The notes: generated by a model from the letters alone, not told the origin. Counted from the first letter of the stretch, positions 15,625 through 26,778 are shown. The stretch: DNA of 27,740 nucleotides from an uncultured Myxococcales bacterium (GCA_903917305.1 CAIXAA010000264.1:1-27740), one strand, 5' to 3'. Made by a program: numbers and translations.

Positions 15625-16476
15625 ATGCCCGGTTTGCAGCCTTCGATGATGAAGCAGCTCGCGAAGTTGGCGTTCAAGGCGCACGCGATCCAGCTGCCGG
15701 TGAACTGGAAGCAGCCGTCGGCGGATCCCGACAAGAAGCAGTACCCGGATGCGTTCAAGCCCAGCGAGCGCGCTACCGTGCCGGATCCGTCCAAGCTCTT
15801 CCTGCCGGCGACCGTGAACAAGTACCACACGGATTCGGTCAAGACGGTCAGCGGCAACTTCGAGAAGTACATCGACGGCATCACGGCGGCCATCTGCAGC
15901 GGCATCGACATGTGGCGCCTGCAGGCGAAGTTCAAGGATCTCAAGATCATGGCGGTGTCGGCGATTGGCGCGCCGGGCTGCCTCGACGGACCGGAGTTGA
16001 AGTCGCTGATCCTGATGAGCGCGCCGATGTCCACGGCGCAAGAACAGAAGTATTCCAAGGCCATCGCCAGTCATGTCAGCGAAGCCTGGAAGAAGTGGCA
16101 GGACAAGGTCACTGTGCCCGGCCTGCCGTGGTATCCGGCCTTCGCGGCGTTTCCTTCCCCGCAAGCCCCGCCCATGCCGAACGTGCCGACGCCGCTCATC
16201 GCCTGCCCATCGCCGATGATGAGCGAGATGACGCCGGAACAATTGAAGAAAGGCATGATCGACAAGCTCGGCGAGAGCGATGCGCAGCACCACAAGGAAC
16301 TGTTCGACAGCATTGCGAAAGCCGTCGGCGCGTTGTTCCTGGCGTGGCTGCCGCAGCAGCAGGTCATGCTGGTGATGGGCAAGGGGCCGATCCCGACCTT
16401 TGCGCCGCCCTACGTGCCCGTGGGGCCGGTCGTCGGCGGCGACAACATCGCCGTGCCGGGACACCTGGCCGCCTAG
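15625..16476 (+). CDS. Pro-rich conserved hypothetical protein (resembles myxobacterial hypotheticals, by recall)
   Basis: GGGAG RBS 7 nt before ATG 15625, strong GC3 codon bias, C-terminal PIPTFAPPYVPVGPVVGG. No recognised catalytic motif. Confidence 0.75.
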   Translation: MPGLQPSMMKQLAKLAFKAHAIQLPVNWKQPSADPDKKQYPDAFKPSERATVPDPSKLFLPATVNKYHTDSVKTVSGNFEKYIDGITAAICSGIDMWRLQAKFKDLKIMAVSAIGAPGCLDGPELKSLILMSAPMSTAQEQKYSKAIASHVSEAWKKWQDKVTVPGLPWYPAFAAFPSPQAPPMPNVPTPLIACPSPMMSEMTPEQLKKGMIDKLGESDAQHHKELFDSIAKAVGALFLAWLPQQQVMLVMGKGPIPTFAPPYVPVGPVVGGDNIAVPGHLAA

Positions 16477-16596
16477 AGCGGCGATCAACAACCGTTGATC
16501 GGCGCTCCCAGGAGCCGGTGCGTCCGCATCGGCGCACTCGGCGACCCAACAACACTGCCGAGCACCGAATCAGAAGCGGGTTTCTGATTCGTGCTC
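16476..16596. other. Cluster of inverted repeats between convergent genes (bidirectional terminator or REP-like element)
   Basis: GAGCGGCGATCAAC-AACC-GTTGATCGGCGCTC (16476-16507); CCGGTGCG-TC-CGCATCGG (~16516-16533); GAGCACCGAATCAGAA-N6-TTCTGATTCGTGCTC (16560-16596). Confidence 0.55.
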
Positions 16597-16605
16597 TAAA
16601 CCCCG

Positions 16606-18867
16606 CTACTTCTTGGGCTTCTTGGCATCCGGTGGCGGCACCGGCTTGCCTTCCTGCGCGGCCTTGGCGATCTCCGCGCGGCGCTCCGCCTCTTTCTTTT
16701 CCTTGGCTTCCAGGGCCTTGAGCGCGTCGGTCTTCTCCTTGACGTACGCTTCCTCTTCCTTCTTGCGCTTGGCCTCCGCCGCCTCGTCGACCGTGCCGTC
16801 GGACGCCTTGGTCACCCAGCCGTCGTCGTCGACCTGCCGGTAGGTGCCCATCTTCTCGAGTTCGAGCGCCTGCTGATCCGCGTCCAGCTCCGGCGTTTTC
16901 GCTTCCAGATACGCCTCTTGCGCGAACATCTCGCGGATGTCCAGCACCTGCGTGCCATCGCCCTGCGCGCGCCGCGCCGCTTCCGCCCAGTCGCGCTCCT
17001 TGCGTTCGCCCACGTCGAGATCGAGCACCCAGCCGACCATGTGCGGATAGTCCTCGATCTCCTTGAAGCTTTGCACCGGGAAATGCGCGCGCCAGATCAG
17101 CGTCAGTTGCCGTGCATCCGGCTCGATGACCAGCGTGTCCAGCTTCAAGTCCCGGCGCTCCACCCCGCGGCCGCGATCCAGCTCCGCCTCCAACACCTTG
17201 CCCGGCAAGCGGAAATGCAGCGTGCCGTCCTTGGTCAGGTGCGTCAGCGTGACCTCTTCGTCGCCCGTCAGCGCGCCCCACTGCATCGTCGGCGCCGCGG
17301 CGTTCCAGTAGCCCGGCTTCATGACGTCCGGCTTGGAGCGCTTGTCCAGCTCCCGCAGCAGCGCCACGTCCTCCTCCTTCTTGAGATCCAACGCTTTTTT
17401 CTGTTCTTCGAGCTTGCGTTCCCAGCCCTTCAGGTCGCTCGGATAAGGCCCGGCCAGATCGATGCGCGGCCGCGCCTGGCGCGGATAGGTCGAAAAGCCG
17501 ACAGGAAGCGGCACCTTCTCCAGCGCCAGCCAATCCTGCAGCAGATCGCGCGGCGTCAGCGGCGCTTGCGGATCCTCGATCAGCGGCAGCTCCAGCCGCG
17601 AGAGGATCGCCTCGTGCGGCGAAACGGCAAAACCCTTGCCATACGGGTTGGTCGGGCAGGGCAGCTCGGGAAACTCGGCCAGCTTCTCGTCCTCCGCCTT
17701 CTTGCGTTCCTCGATGCGCTTCTTGCGCGCCTTGAGCTCCGCCTCGTCCGTCGTCACGAAGCCGGCGCGCAGCGTCTTCTCCCATTCGTCCTGGATCTGC
17801 GGGCTTGCGCCCTCCAGCAACAGTGCCTTGTCGAGCACCAGTGCGCCGTCGAACGACTCGACCTTCTCGCCCAGCCGCGCCGCCGAAGCCGCCGCCAGCG
17901 CCTTGGCCGCCTCGTCCTGATCCGCCTTCGATTTCGCGAGTTCCACCGCCAGCAGCTCATCGGTCAGGATCTCGACGCCCTCATCGACCTCCAGCACTTC
18001 GCCAGCGGCCGTCTGCCGCCGCTTGGGCTTCACTTCTGTTGGTGTTTCAACAGGCTGCGCGTCCTTGGCCTTTTGCTTCTCCAGGTCGCCATCGCGCAGG
18101 ATCGCCACGCCCGACTTCGACGCCGCGCGACCGGCGATGCGCACGCCCTCGAAGTCGTAGCCTTCCTTGCCGTCGCTGCGCGCCACGTCCTCGTCGGGCT
18201 GCGCCCCGGAGCCGAGGCTGTCGAACAGCTCCTTCTCCTTGGCTTCCTTCGCCTTTTTCTCCGCCGCCGCCTTCGCGCCTGCCTGCGCGGCTTCCTGCTT
18301 CTTGTCCGCCTCCGCCTTCTCCGCGGCCATGACGGAGAGCACCTGGCGCTGGATGCGCAGCGTCTCGTCGTCGGGAATCACGCGCGTTTTGCCGCCATAG
18401 GCGTTCGAGAACGACAGCAACACGTCCGCCACCGGCTCCGGCTCCGAGAAGCGCGGCGGCTGCGGCACCAGCTTGCCTTCCTGCTTGCGCGGCTGTGTAT
18501 ACAGGCACTTGCGCGGACCGATGATGCGCAGCCGCTGCTGGCGCGCGCCCACGCGGATGCCGCACTCGAACTCCGGCAGCGGCTTGCCGCCGGGCGCATA
18601 CGCCTTGCCGACCACGATCACGTCGACGCGCGCCTTCTCCGCCACCAGCTCGCCTTCCAGCGTCGGCGGCGCGACCATGACATCGCCTTCGTCGCAGCGA
18701 TCTTCGATCGAGAACGGCGGCTGGTCCTCGTCCGGCAGTGGCTGCGCGGTGGGATTGTCGATGGGAATCGCGTAGGTGCGCCGCGCAATCAAGGCAATGG
18801 CCAGCTCGCCCGTCGTGCGCTCGCACGGCAGCAAGGCGACCCAGTAGCCTTTGCGCAGATCAGGCAT
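16606..18867 (-). CDS. DUF2169-family (T6SS accessory/chaperone-like) protein with a large charged insertion and C-terminal tail
   Basis: DUF2169 hallmarks: KARVDVIVVGKAYAPGG, VGARQQRLRIIGPR, SFSNAYGG, TNPYGKGF, LPLIEDP, YWNAAAP, LTGDEEVTLTHL, LHFRLP, LDTLVIEPDARQLTLIWR. Start taken at ATG 18867. Confidence 0.8.
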   Translation of the reverse strand: MPDLRKGYWVALLPCERTTGELAIALIARRTYAIPIDNPTAQPLPDEDQPPFSIEDRCDEGDVMVAPPTLEGELVAEKARVDVIVVGKAYAPGGKPLPEFECGIRVGARQQRLRIIGPRKCLYTQPRKQEGKLVPQPPRFSEPEPVADVLLSFSNAYGGKTRVIPDDETLRIQRQVLSVMAAEKAEADKKQEAAQAGAKAAAEKKAKEAKEKELFDSLGSGAQPDEDVARSDGKEGYDFEGVRIAGRAASKSGVAILRDGDLEKQKAKDAQPVETPTEVKPKRRQTAAGEVLEVDEGVEILTDELLAVELAKSKADQDEAAKALAAASAARLGEKVESFDGALVLDKALLLEGASPQIQDEWEKTLRAGFVTTDEAELKARKKRIEERKKAEDEKLAEFPELPCPTNPYGKGFAVSPHEAILSRLELPLIEDPQAPLTPRDLLQDWLALEKVPLPVGFSTYPRQARPRIDLAGPYPSDLKGWERKLEEQKKALDLKKEEDVALLRELDKRSKPDVMKPGYWNAAAPTMQWGALTGDEEVTLTHLTKDGTLHFRLPGKVLEAELDRGRGVERRDLKLDTLVIEPDARQLTLIWRAHFPVQSFKEIEDYPHMVGWVLDLDVGERKERDWAEAARRAQGDGTQVLDIREMFAQEAYLEAKTPELDADQQALELEKMGTYRQVDDDGWVTKASDGTVDEAAEAKRKKEEEAYVKEKTDALKALEAKEKKEAERRAEIAKAAQEGKPVPPPDAKKPKK

Positions 18868-19004
18868 CGTCCGGTTCCGCGGCCTCCTGGCCGGCACCGG
18901 CAGCGTAGTCGCAGCGTGGATGGGGAGCAACTGCCGCGCTTGCCGCTTGACCCAAGCCGCGGAACGCGCAAGATCCGCGCGCCGCGGGCTCCCTCCCGCG
19001 TCAG

Positions 19005-20966
19005 ATGGGTGTCATCATGCCGCAAACGCCGGAACTTTCGGGCTTGACCCGCGCGCGCCGCTGGCTTCTGGGCAAGCCGCGCGATCTTGCGGATCGCTCG
19101 ATTTTCCATCAGCTTTCGCTCGTGCCCTTTCTGGCCTGGGTGGGGCTCGGCGCGGACGGACTGTCCTCGTCCGCCTATGGTCCGCCGGAGGCCTTCGCCG
19201 CCTTGGGCGAGCACCGCTGGCTCGCCGTCGCGATGGCCGCCATGACGGCCATGACGGTGTTCATCATCGCATTCGCCTACACCCGCATCATTGCTGCCTT
19301 TCCCAACGGCGGCGGCGGCTACGTCGTGGCGACGCGCCTGCTGGGGCCCGTCCCAGGCCTCGTCTCGGGCTCCGCGCTGCTCGTGGACTACGTGCTGACG
19401 GTCACGGTGTCGATCGCCGCTGCCTGCGACGCGCTCTTCAGCTTCCTGCCGCCTGGCGCGCAAGAGGGCAAGCTCATTTGTGAAGTCGCGATCGTGCTGG
19501 GCATGACCGTGCTCAACCTGCGCGGCGTGCGCGAGGCGATCCTGCCGCTGGTCCCGGTGTTCCTGCTGTTCCTCCTCACCCACGTCGTGCTCATCGCCGC
19601 GGGCCTGATGGTCCCGGAGCAGCACGTGCCGCTGGTGCAGCAGGTCCAGGACGGCTGGCATGCCAGCCACGCCAAGCTCGGGCTCCTGGGCGTGCTGATG
19701 CTGTTTGCCCGCGCCTGGTCGCTCGGCGGCGGCACCTACACAGGCATCGAGGCGGTCTCCAACGGCTTGCCGATCTTGCGCGAACCGAGGGCCAAGACCG
19801 CGCGCACCACCATGGCCTACATGGCGATCTCGCTGGCGCTGACGGCCGCCGGCCTGCTCGTCAGCTACTTGCTGGCCAACGTCCATCCGATCGAAGGCCA
19901 GACGCTCAACGCCGTGCTGGCGCAGAAGCTGACCGGCGATTGGCCCGGCGGCGCGACCTTTGCCGTCGTGACGCTCGTGGCGGAAGGCGCGCTGCTCGTC
20001 GTCGGCGCGCAGGCGGGCTTTCTCGACGGCCCGCGCGTGCTCGCCAACATGGCGCTCGATGGCTGGGCGCCGCGCCGTTTCGCGGCCTTGTCGGAGCAGT
20101 TGACGACGCAGAACGGCATCGCGCTGATGGGCGTGGCCTCCTTGGGCGCGCTGCTCTACACCAAAGGCGACGTGAGCCACCTCGTCGTCATGTACTCGAT
20201 CAACGTGTTCCTGACGTTCTCGCTGTCGATGCTCGGCATGCTGCGCAAAGCGTGGCGCGAGAAGCACTGGGGTGACCTGCCGCTCTTCACCGTCGGCTTC
20301 TTCCTGTGCGCCGCGATCCTGTGCGTCACGGCCAGCGAGAAGTTCCTGGAAGGCGGCTGGATGACGCTGTTCGTCACCGCCGGCCTCGTCAGCCTGTTCG
20401 CGGTCATCCGCAAGCATTACCAGATTGTGAGTGGGCAGTTGGCGCGCCTCGACATCGACACGCCGCAAGTCGAGCTGACCGGCGTGGAGCCGGCGCCGCT
20501 GCACCCCGAGGACCCGACCGCCGTCGTGCTGGTCGGTGGCTACAACGGCGTCGGGCACCAGACCCTGACGGCAGCGTTGCGAGCGTTTCCAGGGCACTAC
20601 AAGAATGCGGTGTTCGTCGCGGTCGGCAACGTGGACTCGGCGGCGCTCAAGGACGAGGCGGAGCTGGCCCGCATCCGCGAGGGCGTCAAGCACACGCTGG
20701 ACAAGTACGTCGTGCTGGCGGAGTCGCTCGGGCTGCGCGCCAAGGGCCTGCAAGGGCTCGGCACCGACGTCGTCGCGGAGCTGGAGTCGTTGTGCCTCGT
20801 GGCCGCGGAAGAGTGCAAGGACGTGACGTTTTTCGCCGGCCAGTTGATGTTCGGCAAGGAGCGCTGGTGGCACGGCATCCTGCACAACCAGACCGCCTTC
20901 GCGCTGCAAAAGCGCTTGCAGTGGGATGGGTTCACGATGGTGATCCTGCCCGTCCGGCTGCGCTGA
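19005..20966 (+). CDS. APC-superfamily permease, YdaO/KimA-like (possible K+ uptake)
   Basis: LLGKPRDL...LGADGLSSSAYGPPEA, NGGGGYVVATRLLG, ALLVDYVLTVTVS, TGIEAVSNG, about 11-12 TM segments and a soluble C-terminal domain. Start could be ATG 19017. Confidence 0.8.
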   Translation: MGVIMPQTPELSGLTRARRWLLGKPRDLADRSIFHQLSLVPFLAWVGLGADGLSSSAYGPPEAFAALGEHRWLAVAMAAMTAMTVFIIAFAYTRIIAAFPNGGGGYVVATRLLGPVPGLVSGSALLVDYVLTVTVSIAAACDALFSFLPPGAQEGKLICEVAIVLGMTVLNLRGVREAILPLVPVFLLFLLTHVVLIAAGLMVPEQHVPLVQQVQDGWHASHAKLGLLGVLMLFARAWSLGGGTYTGIEAVSNGLPILREPRAKTARTTMAYMAISLALTAAGLLVSYLLANVHPIEGQTLNAVLAQKLTGDWPGGATFAVVTLVAEGALLVVGAQAGFLDGPRVLANMALDGWAPRRFAALSEQLTTQNGIALMGVASLGALLYTKGDVSHLVVMYSINVFLTFSLSMLGMLRKAWREKHWGDLPLFTVGFFLCAAILCVTASEKFLEGGWMTLFVTAGLVSLFAVIRKHYQIVSGQLARLDIDTPQVELTGVEPAPLHPEDPTAVVLVGGYNGVGHQTLTAALRAFPGHYKNAVFVAVGNVDSAALKDEAELARIREGVKHTLDKYVVLAESLGLRAKGLQGLGTDVVAELESLCLVAAEECKDVTFFAGQLMFGKERWWHGILHNQTAFALQKRLQWDGFTMVILPVRLR

Positions 20967-20977
20967 CAGGAGTCAAC

Positions 20978-22810
<1,833 letters not shown>

Positions 22811-22902
22811 CGGCACCCAGCTTCCAGGCCTACGCTCCCGCCACACAGGCCGCCGCTGGCTGCGTGGCGCGCTTCCCCTCATGAGGCGCAGGGTCGGGAC
22901 CC

Positions 22903-24111
22903 ATGAACGCCGCACCTCCACCCCAGCCTGCTGCGGACGCGCCGGGACCCTTTCGACGTTTGAAGTACGCCACGGCGATTGCGCTGGCGGGCATCGCGAT
23001 CGGCGCTCTCGCTTGGGCGCAAGCCGGAGACAAGGTGCCCGTTGCTGGCCCGAAGGCAGAAGTCGCCAAGCCCACCGACGCTGCCAAGGATGGCGCGAAG
23101 CCTGCGGCAGCCGCCGCGCCGGACAAAGCGCATGTGGCGGCCAAGCCGGCGACGCCTCCGAGCGGCATCGTCAAGGGCGGCAACGTCTCCGCGTGGAACA
23201 TCACGGATACCGCGAAGGTTTTTGCCGACGCCAAGCGCCTCGGGCTGGACACCATCACCGTGCCGGTGCGCGTCGACATGGCCGCCGCCAACGCGTCGGA
23301 AGTGACGCTCGATGCGGCAAGCCTTGAATTCGCCAAGAAGATCGTCGAGAGCAACCCTTCCTACAACTACATCATCGAACCGTACCCCTGGATCGACAAC
23401 GGCAATGTGCCGGAGACCGACCTGGACCCGGCCGACAAGGCGGCGTGGTTCGTCTCCTACCAGGGCGCGCTCGTGTCGCTGGCCAAGCATTTCCCAACGG
23501 CTTGGGGCCTCTACGTCGCCTCGAACCTCGTCAAGATCGAGGATCAGTCGGCCAGCTGGATCGCGCTGGTCAAGGGCGTTCGCGCGGCATTTCCCGGCAA
23601 GATCATCTACCGCACGCAATGGTGGGCCACCGCCGCGTGGGAACCGAGCACGGTCAAGGCCTACCAGGCCAAGTTGAACAATCCGCTGTTTGGCGCGGTC
23701 GACGTCATCGCCATCGCCTCCTACTTCGAGCTCAGCGAGACCGCGGCACCGACGACGGCGGACATCAAGGCCGCGCTGCGGTCGACCACGGTCTTCGCCC
23801 GCAAACAGGACGTGTATGCCGAGGTCATGGCGCTTGGGGCCAAGTGGCAAAAGCCGATCTTCCTTGGGGAACTCAGCTGCCCATCGGTGGATTTCGGCGC
23901 GCAGAACCCGTGGGATCCGGCCGCGAGCGAGACGCCGAACGCCGACATCCAACGCAACTACCTGACCGCGTACCTCGAGACCTTCGCTCGAGATCCCGCG
24001 AAGTTCATGGGTTTTTCGTTGTTCACCATCGGCCATCCGACCGTTACGCCCTACGAATTGGCCCCGTCGGCGGCGGAGTACGTGCGCAGCTTCAAGTTGC
24101 CGCACCGCTAG
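22903..24111 (+). CDS. Exported GH113-like TIM-barrel glycoside hydrolase homolog
   Basis: Hydrophobic signal segment and Ala/Pro/Lys linker. Then IIEPYPWI, WFVSYQGAL, WIALVKGVRAAFPGKIIY, VDVIAIASYFEL, KPIFLGELSCPS (nucleophile-Glu motif like GH113 F-F-x-E-x-G-C-P-S), QRNYL. Confidence 0.65.
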   Translation: MNAAPPPQPAADAPGPFRRLKYATAIALAGIAIGALAWAQAGDKVPVAGPKAEVAKPTDAAKDGAKPAAAAAPDKAHVAAKPATPPSGIVKGGNVSAWNITDTAKVFADAKRLGLDTITVPVRVDMAAANASEVTLDAASLEFAKKIVESNPSYNYIIEPYPWIDNGNVPETDLDPADKAAWFVSYQGALVSLAKHFPTAWGLYVASNLVKIEDQSASWIALVKGVRAAFPGKIIYRTQWWATAAWEPSTVKAYQAKLNNPLFGAVDVIAIASYFELSETAAPTTADIKAALRSTTVFARKQDVYAEVMALGAKWQKPIFLGELSCPSVDFGAQNPWDPAASETPNADIQRNYLTAYLETFARDPAKFMGFSLFTIGHPTVTPYELAPSAAEYVRSFKLPHR

Positions 24112-24139
24112 GCGTCCAGCCCCATTTGGAGACACCGAA

Positions 24140-25342
24140 GTGAGCAACCGCCGTCCGCGAATCGCAGTCATTCTCGGCACTCGCCCGGAGTACCTCAAGC
24201 TGGCGCCCGTCATCGCGGAGCTGCGGAGGTTTCGCTCCTACGCGCACACCCAGGCCATCTTCACCGGCCAACACCGTGAGATGCTGGCGGGTCTCGACGA
24301 GTTGTTCGACCTCGAGCAGCACATCCCCCTGGCCGTCAACAACGCGCGGCCCAACCTGCCGGGCTTGACGGCAGCGCTGATTGCCGCGCTGGATGGCGAG
24401 TTCTGCCGCGACAAGTTCGATGCCGTTGTCGTGCAAGGGGATACGACGACAGCGTTTTGCGCGACCTTGACCGCCTTCTATCACCGCATTCCGGTGGCGC
24501 ATGTGGAGGCCGGGCTGCGCACGGGAAACCTGTGCGAGCCGTTCCCCGAGGAGTTGAACCGCCAGCTCGTGGCGCGCATGGCGCGCTGGCACTTCGCGCC
24601 GACGGCGGAGGCGCAGCAGAACCTGCTGCGCGAGGGCGTGGCGCAGCAAGCCATCGAAGTGACGGGCAATACCATCATCGACACGCTGCACTTCGTGCGG
24701 GATCGCAAGATCCCACCCGACTACGAAACGGATCTGCTGCGCGAAGAGGCGCCGGAGCTCGCCGAGGCGCTGGCCGTGGTGCGCGCGCGTCATGGCAAGA
24801 CCTTGGCGCTGCTCACGATTCACCGCCGCGAGAACCACGGGGACAAGCTCGATGCCTTCTTCCGCATGATTCGCTCCTTGGCGGCGGCGCATCCGGACCA
24901 TCACCTCGTCTACCCCTACCACCTGAACCCGGAAGTGCGCCTCAAGGCCTTCCAGTTCCTCTCGGAAATCCCCAACGTCCACCTCGTGGCGCCGTTGTCC
25001 TACCGGCCGTTCCTCTACCTCATGGGGCAGGTCGACTTCGCGCTGAGCGACTCCGGCGGCCTGCAGGAGGAGTTCCCCTGCTTCGCCAAGCCGCTGCTCG
25101 TGCTGCGCGACGTGACGGAGCGGCCCGAGGTCATCGAAGCCCAGATGGGCAAGCTGGTCGGCGTCGAGCCGAATGTCGTGTATCCGGCCGCGGTTGACCT
25201 GATCGCCTGTGCCGAGGCGGGGCGCGCGCCGAGCTGGTTCGTGCCGGGTCCGAATCCGTTTGGCGATGGCCGCGCGTCGGAGCGCATCGTGGCGCGGATC
25301 TTGCGCGACATTGGCCAGACGTCCGACAGCTACGTCATCTAG
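24140..25342 (+). CDS. wecB: Non-hydrolysing UDP-N-acetylglucosamine 2-epimerase
   Basis: GTRPEYLK, TGQH, VQGDTTTAF, HVEAGLR, PFPEELNR, TGNTIID, TIHRREN, DSGGLQEE, NPFGDGRASERI. GTG start with GGAGA RBS. Confidence 0.95.
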   Translation: MSNRRPRIAVILGTRPEYLKLAPVIAELRRFRSYAHTQAIFTGQHREMLAGLDELFDLEQHIPLAVNNARPNLPGLTAALIAALDGEFCRDKFDAVVVQGDTTTAFCATLTAFYHRIPVAHVEAGLRTGNLCEPFPEELNRQLVARMARWHFAPTAEAQQNLLREGVAQQAIEVTGNTIIDTLHFVRDRKIPPDYETDLLREEAPELAEALAVVRARHGKTLALLTIHRRENHGDKLDAFFRMIRSLAAAHPDHHLVYPYHLNPEVRLKAFQFLSEIPNVHLVAPLSYRPFLYLMGQVDFALSDSGGLQEEFPCFAKPLLVLRDVTERPEVIEAQMGKLVGVEPNVVYPAAVDLIACAEAGRAPSWFVPGPNPFGDGRASERIVARILRDIGQTSDSYVI

Positions 25343-25406
25343 CCGCGACGAACGAGGCAAAGCGAAAGCGAAAGCGCTTACCCCGAGCCGTGTTCCGGGT
25401 CCTGCG

Positions 25407-26705
25407 TCAGTCGAACTCCAGCTCGTCGACAAACGTCCACGACCCTGGCGTCACGAAGCTGATCTTGACGAACTTTGCGGTCTGCAAGGGAAATGCCAGA
25501 TCGATGTCGCCGCGCTTGCCATCCGCGATGGCCGGTTCACTGCCGTCCGCGAGCTTGAACGGCAGGGCCGTGGTCCACTTGATCCCGTCCATGCTGAAAC
25601 CCAAATCGATCTCAGGAGGTTGCGAGACTGCGCCATCTTTGCGGTTGTTGAGGCCGAGGCGCACGAACGTCAGGTTGCGCGGTTTGGCGAACTGCACGAA
25701 CACGATTGGCGTCAAGGACGTCCACGCCACCCACTCGTAGCCGGGGCCGTTGCCCAGATCGCCGCTCCAGTCATCGCCGCCCTTGGCGCCGTCGAGCAAC
25801 TGCCCCGTGGCGTAGGTGCCGAATCCTGAGGGATCGCTCGCCTTGCCGCTGACGGCGATGTCGTGCGGTTCGTCGTAGTAGCAGACTGCGCCGCAATCGG
25901 GCTTGACGTTGAAGCGGTACAGCGTGGCGCCGCAGGTGCTCTGCTCGTTGATCTTGCCGTCGCAGTTGTCGTCAAAAGGCGTGTCGCAGTCGTCCTTGGC
26001 TGGCAAGACCTGGCCCAACTGCAGCGCGCAGGCGCAGTCGACCACGCCAGCGCACACGTTGGCCGCGCAGACGTCGTCGTGCGTGCACGGATTGCCGTCG
26101 TCGCACGTGTGGGTGTTGAGGCTGTGGGCGCACGCGCCGGTTGCCGGTACGCAAGCGTCGTTCGTGCATGGATTCTGGTCGTCGCAGGACATGGTCGCGC
26201 CGCTGGGCAAGCACGCGCCGCCGAAGCACGCGTCGCCAAAGGTGCACGGGTTGCCATCGTTGCAGAGCGCGGTGTTGGGTTCGTGCACGCAGCCCTTGAC
26301 GGTATCGCAGGAGTCCGCGGTGCAGCCGTTGCCGTCCTCGCAGACGGTCGCCTGCGTGGCCAGGTGCACGCATCCCGTCGATTTGTCGCAGGAGTCGACG
26401 GTGCAGGGGAATCCGTCGTTGCAGTCGAACACGACGCCGGTGCAGACGCTTCCCACGCAATGATCGCCCGTCGTGCAGGCGTTGCCGTCCTGGCAGTCGC
26501 CGGTGCGCACCGCGTGCTTGCAGTCGCCGGTGCTGGAACAACTCTCGGTCGTGCAAGGGTTTCCGTCGTCACACTGGCCGACGTAGCAGGGGCCGAAGAC
26601 CACGGCGTCGGGCCCGGTGGAGCAGGATGCCAGGAGCAGCGCGAAGCAGGCAACAACGCTCGCCGCCAAGGCTTTCGTGCACCGAAGAGAAGTCCGTGTC
26701 ACCAT
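25407..26705 (-). CDS. Lipoprotein with 7 Cys-rich CxDGNxCT repeats, a DDNCDGKINE acidic motif and a C-terminal discoidin/F5-8-like beta-sandwich
   Basis: ATG 26705 with GGGAG RBS. Lipobox LLAS-C. Repeats: CDDGNPCT, CQDGNACT, CNDGFPCT, CEDGNGCT, CNDGNPCT, CDDQNPCT, CDDGNPCT. C-terminal GQLLDG...GYEWVAW...FSMDGIKW...WTFVDELEF. Confidence 0.85.
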   Translation of the reverse strand: MVTRTSLRCTKALAASVVACFALLLASCSTGPDAVVFGPCYVGQCDDGNPCTTESCSSTGDCKHAVRTGDCQDGNACTTGDHCVGSVCTGVVFDCNDGFPCTVDSCDKSTGCVHLATQATVCEDGNGCTADSCDTVKGCVHEPNTALCNDGNPCTFGDACFGGACLPSGATMSCDDQNPCTNDACVPATGACAHSLNTHTCDDGNPCTHDDVCAANVCAGVVDCACALQLGQVLPAKDDCDTPFDDNCDGKINEQSTCGATLYRFNVKPDCGAVCYYDEPHDIAVSGKASDPSGFGTYATGQLLDGAKGGDDWSGDLGNGPGYEWVAWTSLTPIVFVQFAKPRNLTFVRLGLNNRKDGAVSQPPEIDLGFSMDGIKWTTALPFKLADGSEPAIADGKRGDIDLAFPLQTAKFVKISFVTPGSWTFVDELEFD

Positions 26706-26778
26706 CGATCTCCCGCCCGCGGCCCAACCGAGTATGTCGACTTCGCCTGGCCCGGTCAACGCGAACGCGGGGTTGCGG

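Noticed and set aside
19005-20966. KimA-like transporter as evidence of c-di-AMP signalling
   Set aside because: The family assignment is plausible, but ligand-binding residues cannot be verified by eye and no cyclase is in the window.
25358-25376. AAAGCG x3 after wecB
   Set aside because: Too short to support a function; it lies in a 64-nt gap between convergent genes.
25960-26580. Periodic repeats as a possible CRISPR array or DNA repeat element
   Set aside because: They are degenerate at synonymous sites and lie in frame in a Cys-rich protein, so they are coding repeats.
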